A stretch of DNA of 64,000 nt from Chiloscyllium plagiosum (lineage: Eukaryota). The first letter of the stretch is position 1. Every line of letters begins with the position of its first letter. Where the stretch lies: NCBI RefSeq assembly GCF_004010195.1, contig NC_057719.1, positions 67,793,873 through 67,857,872 on the forward strand, read 5' to 3'. Made by a program: the position numbers and the translations under genes. Positions 60,501 to 64,000 of this stretch are shown piece after piece. The notes under the pieces were generated by a model. It had not been told where the DNA came from and ran no database searches. It worked only from the letters and a program-made list of their open reading frames with translations.

Positions 60501-63500
60501 AGGTCTTATGGTCTGCCAGACAAGGCCTATTCCTCAGGGAAACCAGAGGCAAGAGATATTTTTGTGGTTGCAGGAGGAGATGGGTAAGAGCGGGTCAGAG
60601 GCAAGGGCAGTGAGGAGGCTTTCTGAAGCCATCCTTTAGCACATATGTACCTCCGGTAGTCCCCAGAATGGGGTACAATTGGAAGACCTTCAACCCATCA
60701 AGCTGGTTGCCATGGTTTTCCAAATGATAAACTAATAACTTTTCTTGCCCACTGGTGAGGCAAGTCATCAGAAACGTGGCAAATAGAAGCCCTTTAGTGG
60801 CAATTATTTGATCACAAGGCCCTTGATTGCTGGGAAGTTGAAAAAGCCCCAAATGGAGTATCTTGCTTGGCACTTAATTGCTAAGATGGTAAAAAGTGGG
60901 TGAGTTTCTCTTCAGAGCCACTATTTCCCTTTCTGCCAACTCCAGGCAGAGGAAAGTTGTGCCATAAGACTGGAGCTATCCTGTTGAGCCTGTGACACTT
61001 GCTTTGTTCAATTATTTTTTGTGAAATAAAGCAAAGTTTTTTTGGTTTAAAAATGTAAAGTCTTACAGATTAATTCTTTCATTTAATTATTTGGTGATTG
61101 AATTTTTCTTTGAACGTTAATAGTCTCTACAGACCACTTGCCTTTATGCAGTAATTTTAATGTAGAAAAACATCAAAAGGCACCACAAAGAAGATTTATC
61201 AGGCAAAGTTTGACACTGGGGAGTCACATTAGTACTTATCAAGTGAAGTAACCAAAAGCTTAATCCAGGAGAGAGAGAATGAGAGAAATGGAATGATTTC
61301 TGAAGGAAATTCCAGAATTTTGAATTGGATGCATTTATAAACCAGGAGCCAAAGCAGATCAAAAAGAATTTGAAGCTATAATTTAAAAATATTGACTTCA
61401 ATTGATTTCAATCACAGAACTTTCCAAATTTTTAGCCCTAAAGTAATTGCTGCCAACTGAAAGGTCAGTCAAAAAATGGAACGGCACAATTTGCTAAGGA
61501 ATATGCATCAAGCAAAATGACTACTGTTCAATCAACAGATGGGTCACTCATAATAGAAAAAAAATGGCTATACAATTAGATTCCCTCCCAATTGGATGGA
61601 TTATTCTGTTGTTGCATGCCATAGTTAGCATCTCAGCTAAGAACTAATGAAGATACCTCCAACACAGGCAGGTGGATTTGATTGTCAGACAGTTCTAGGA
61701 TTCAAAACACCGTCATGTGGCTAAGAATCAGGCTTTCATAAACTACTCCTTAAAGAATCAGTATCCAACCAATATTTCATCATTGAAGACCAACATTAAG
61801 GATACTTGAAGCAAAATAAAATGCACTTTGTTCTTTGTAAACATTTGAATTAAATTGCTTAAGATTATTAATTCATGGAACAATTGTAAGTCAATAAATA
61901 TTGTGTTAAAATGAAAGAGCTTAAAGCATCAATGATTGCTATTATACGCCCTTATGATCTGTAATTTGAACTTGCAGTGAAATGGCAAAGTATGGTTTAT
62001 TCTGTATATTTTGGATAAGTTCCCTCAACCAAACATTCTCTGCAATTTACTCTCCTAAATTATCTTTAACTGGCAAAATTTGAATTGATCTTTCCTAGTG
62101 CACCAATTACATTGAACAAAGTTCCAATTGTTTTGGTCCAATTTTTTTCACATTTTCCGGCTTAGTACTAATTTCTGGGTGTAACATATAATGGACTTCC
62201 TCTTCCAATCTCACATTTTTCTGACTCCCTGTGCCATACTCTAGGCCTAAAACATGTCTATATTGCCAATATTTATCGCTATTAGAACTTATTTTGTTCC
62301 ATGCGTCTTTTACTACTCCACTGTTGCATATTTAATAAAGTATTTGTTTCTCAAACATTTTAACTTCATATAAAACATGAAGGACGTCAGGGCTTAGACA
62401 TCTGAAATCAAAACAAATGCTGGAAACACAATTTAGTCAAGCAATGCTTGGGGGGAGAGAGAGAAAACTGACATTTCTGTTTGACGAACTTTCAGCAAAA
62501 CTAAGAAATAGTTAGAGATGGAACATAATTGAAATAAAGTTTCAGGGAAAGGGTGGAGAATTAAAAAAAAACAAATGGTGTAAGGAAGAAGGGATTAATC
62601 GTCCAAAAGGATGTTAGCCAAGACAAAAGGCACTAGCAATGAGGAAAATGAGAAAAAAGATGGACCGATGATAAAGTTTATTTTTTTGTTATTTTTATTT
62701 ATTTAATTCGCATATAAAATATTCAACCATACATGGTACCATTTGGTTCATTTCCAAATAACATATTAATCCCTACAGGCTTTATTTTCTTTATTCTTTC
62801 ATGCAATGAGGGTATTGTTGACATGGTCAGCATTCACAATTCATCCTTATTGCTCTTGAACTTCCTAAATCATGTCAGAGTGCATTTAAGAGTCATTGGT
62901 TCATTGTTGTGGGTCTGTAATCACATGCAGGTCAGACCAGGTAAAGATAGAAGATTTCTTCCCTGTAAAGATATTCATGAACCAGATGTTTTTTTCAAGA
63001 TAATCAATGATTGCTTCATGGTCACCATTACTGGCAGTAGCTTTACATTCCAAGTTTATTAATTGAATTCAAATTCCATCAGTTACCATTTTCTCGCAGG
63101 GTTCTTGTGCAGTGGTAGTGCCCCTATCTCTGGATCAAGTGGCTTGGATCCAAATCCTACTTGCTGTAGAGGTGCATAGTAACGTCTCTGAATAGGTTGA
63201 TTAGAAAATAAATGTTATCATTATTTCCCTTACCAAGCTGCTGATTGGTAATAGCATTGAGGAGTTTTGAGCATTAGAATGAAACAGCACTGTAGGTACA
63301 GCATGTCAAACCTGCATGACAAGCTTCTTGACATTCATATTTAGTCCACCACAAAAAAATCGATTACCCAGTATCATAAAAAAAATCCTAAGAGTTCAAG
63401 CAGCTCTAAATAACCACAATGAAGCAACTGAACATGTCTCTGAAGTATTGGATTGAGGAGGATCACTGTACGTTCAAAAGAAACTTGATACAGTTCTGAT

Positions 63501-64000
63501 AAATAGACGGGTGGGATAACTTTGAAGTGTGTGAAATTGAGATTATGTTCTGCTTTGGACAGAGGAGTGGTCAAGAAGCATGATGCACAGAACTGACTTA
63601 AAGGGTACTGTTTTGTATTTTGTCCCTGTGCATCATGTAAGATACATTGCTTGTGTGTTCAACAAACATGGTCACTCATTTCACCCACAAACTTTGTCGT
63701 TTTCAGAATCAATTATGGCAAATTGCAATTCACTTTAGTTTTCCTGAGTAATTCGGCTTTATTTGTAGAAATTAAACTTTGGGATCATATTCAAAGCAAA
63801 CTGTGGAGTTGTAACACTATGTTTCTCTATGTTTGAGTTGTTACAAACTCAAAACAACTCACAACATCACAAGAGTATATTTACGGATGCAGCCTGTGCT
63901 CATCATCTTGTTCTAATGCCATTTACTCTCAGTGGACCTTAATGATTTGATTTTATTTTCTACTCTTGTGTCTTCATTATTATGAACTTTTTATTACACC

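Overview
This is AT-rich, repeat-dense vertebrate genomic DNA with one assembly gap (N 20493-20894). The repeats are CR1 LINEs with (TTCTATG)n-type tails, tRNA-derived SINEs with CR1-like tails, Penelope-like elements (PLEs), Harbinger and Tigger-type relics; this repertoire suggests a cartilaginous fish (shark), which is an inference. Almost all ORF-track entries are retroelement fragments or noise. Manual reading of the minus strand shows a multi-exon protein-coding gene of small GT-AG exons from about 57223 (ATG) to 2797 (TGA), with AATAAA at 2714-2709. The N-terminal exons (57223-54758) and C-terminal exons (4778-2797) join in phase; the middle is only partly resolved. The product has an N-terminal signal anchor. 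I cannot name it; it weakly resembles the N-terminal part of CPED1 as recalled from memory. The introns and upstream flank hold at least three PLE families carrying minimal hammerhead ribozyme motifs, several as fold-back insertions with clear target-site duplications. There is also a nested CR1 > Tigger-like MITE with a 32-bp minisatellite > PLE structure at 46-48 kb.
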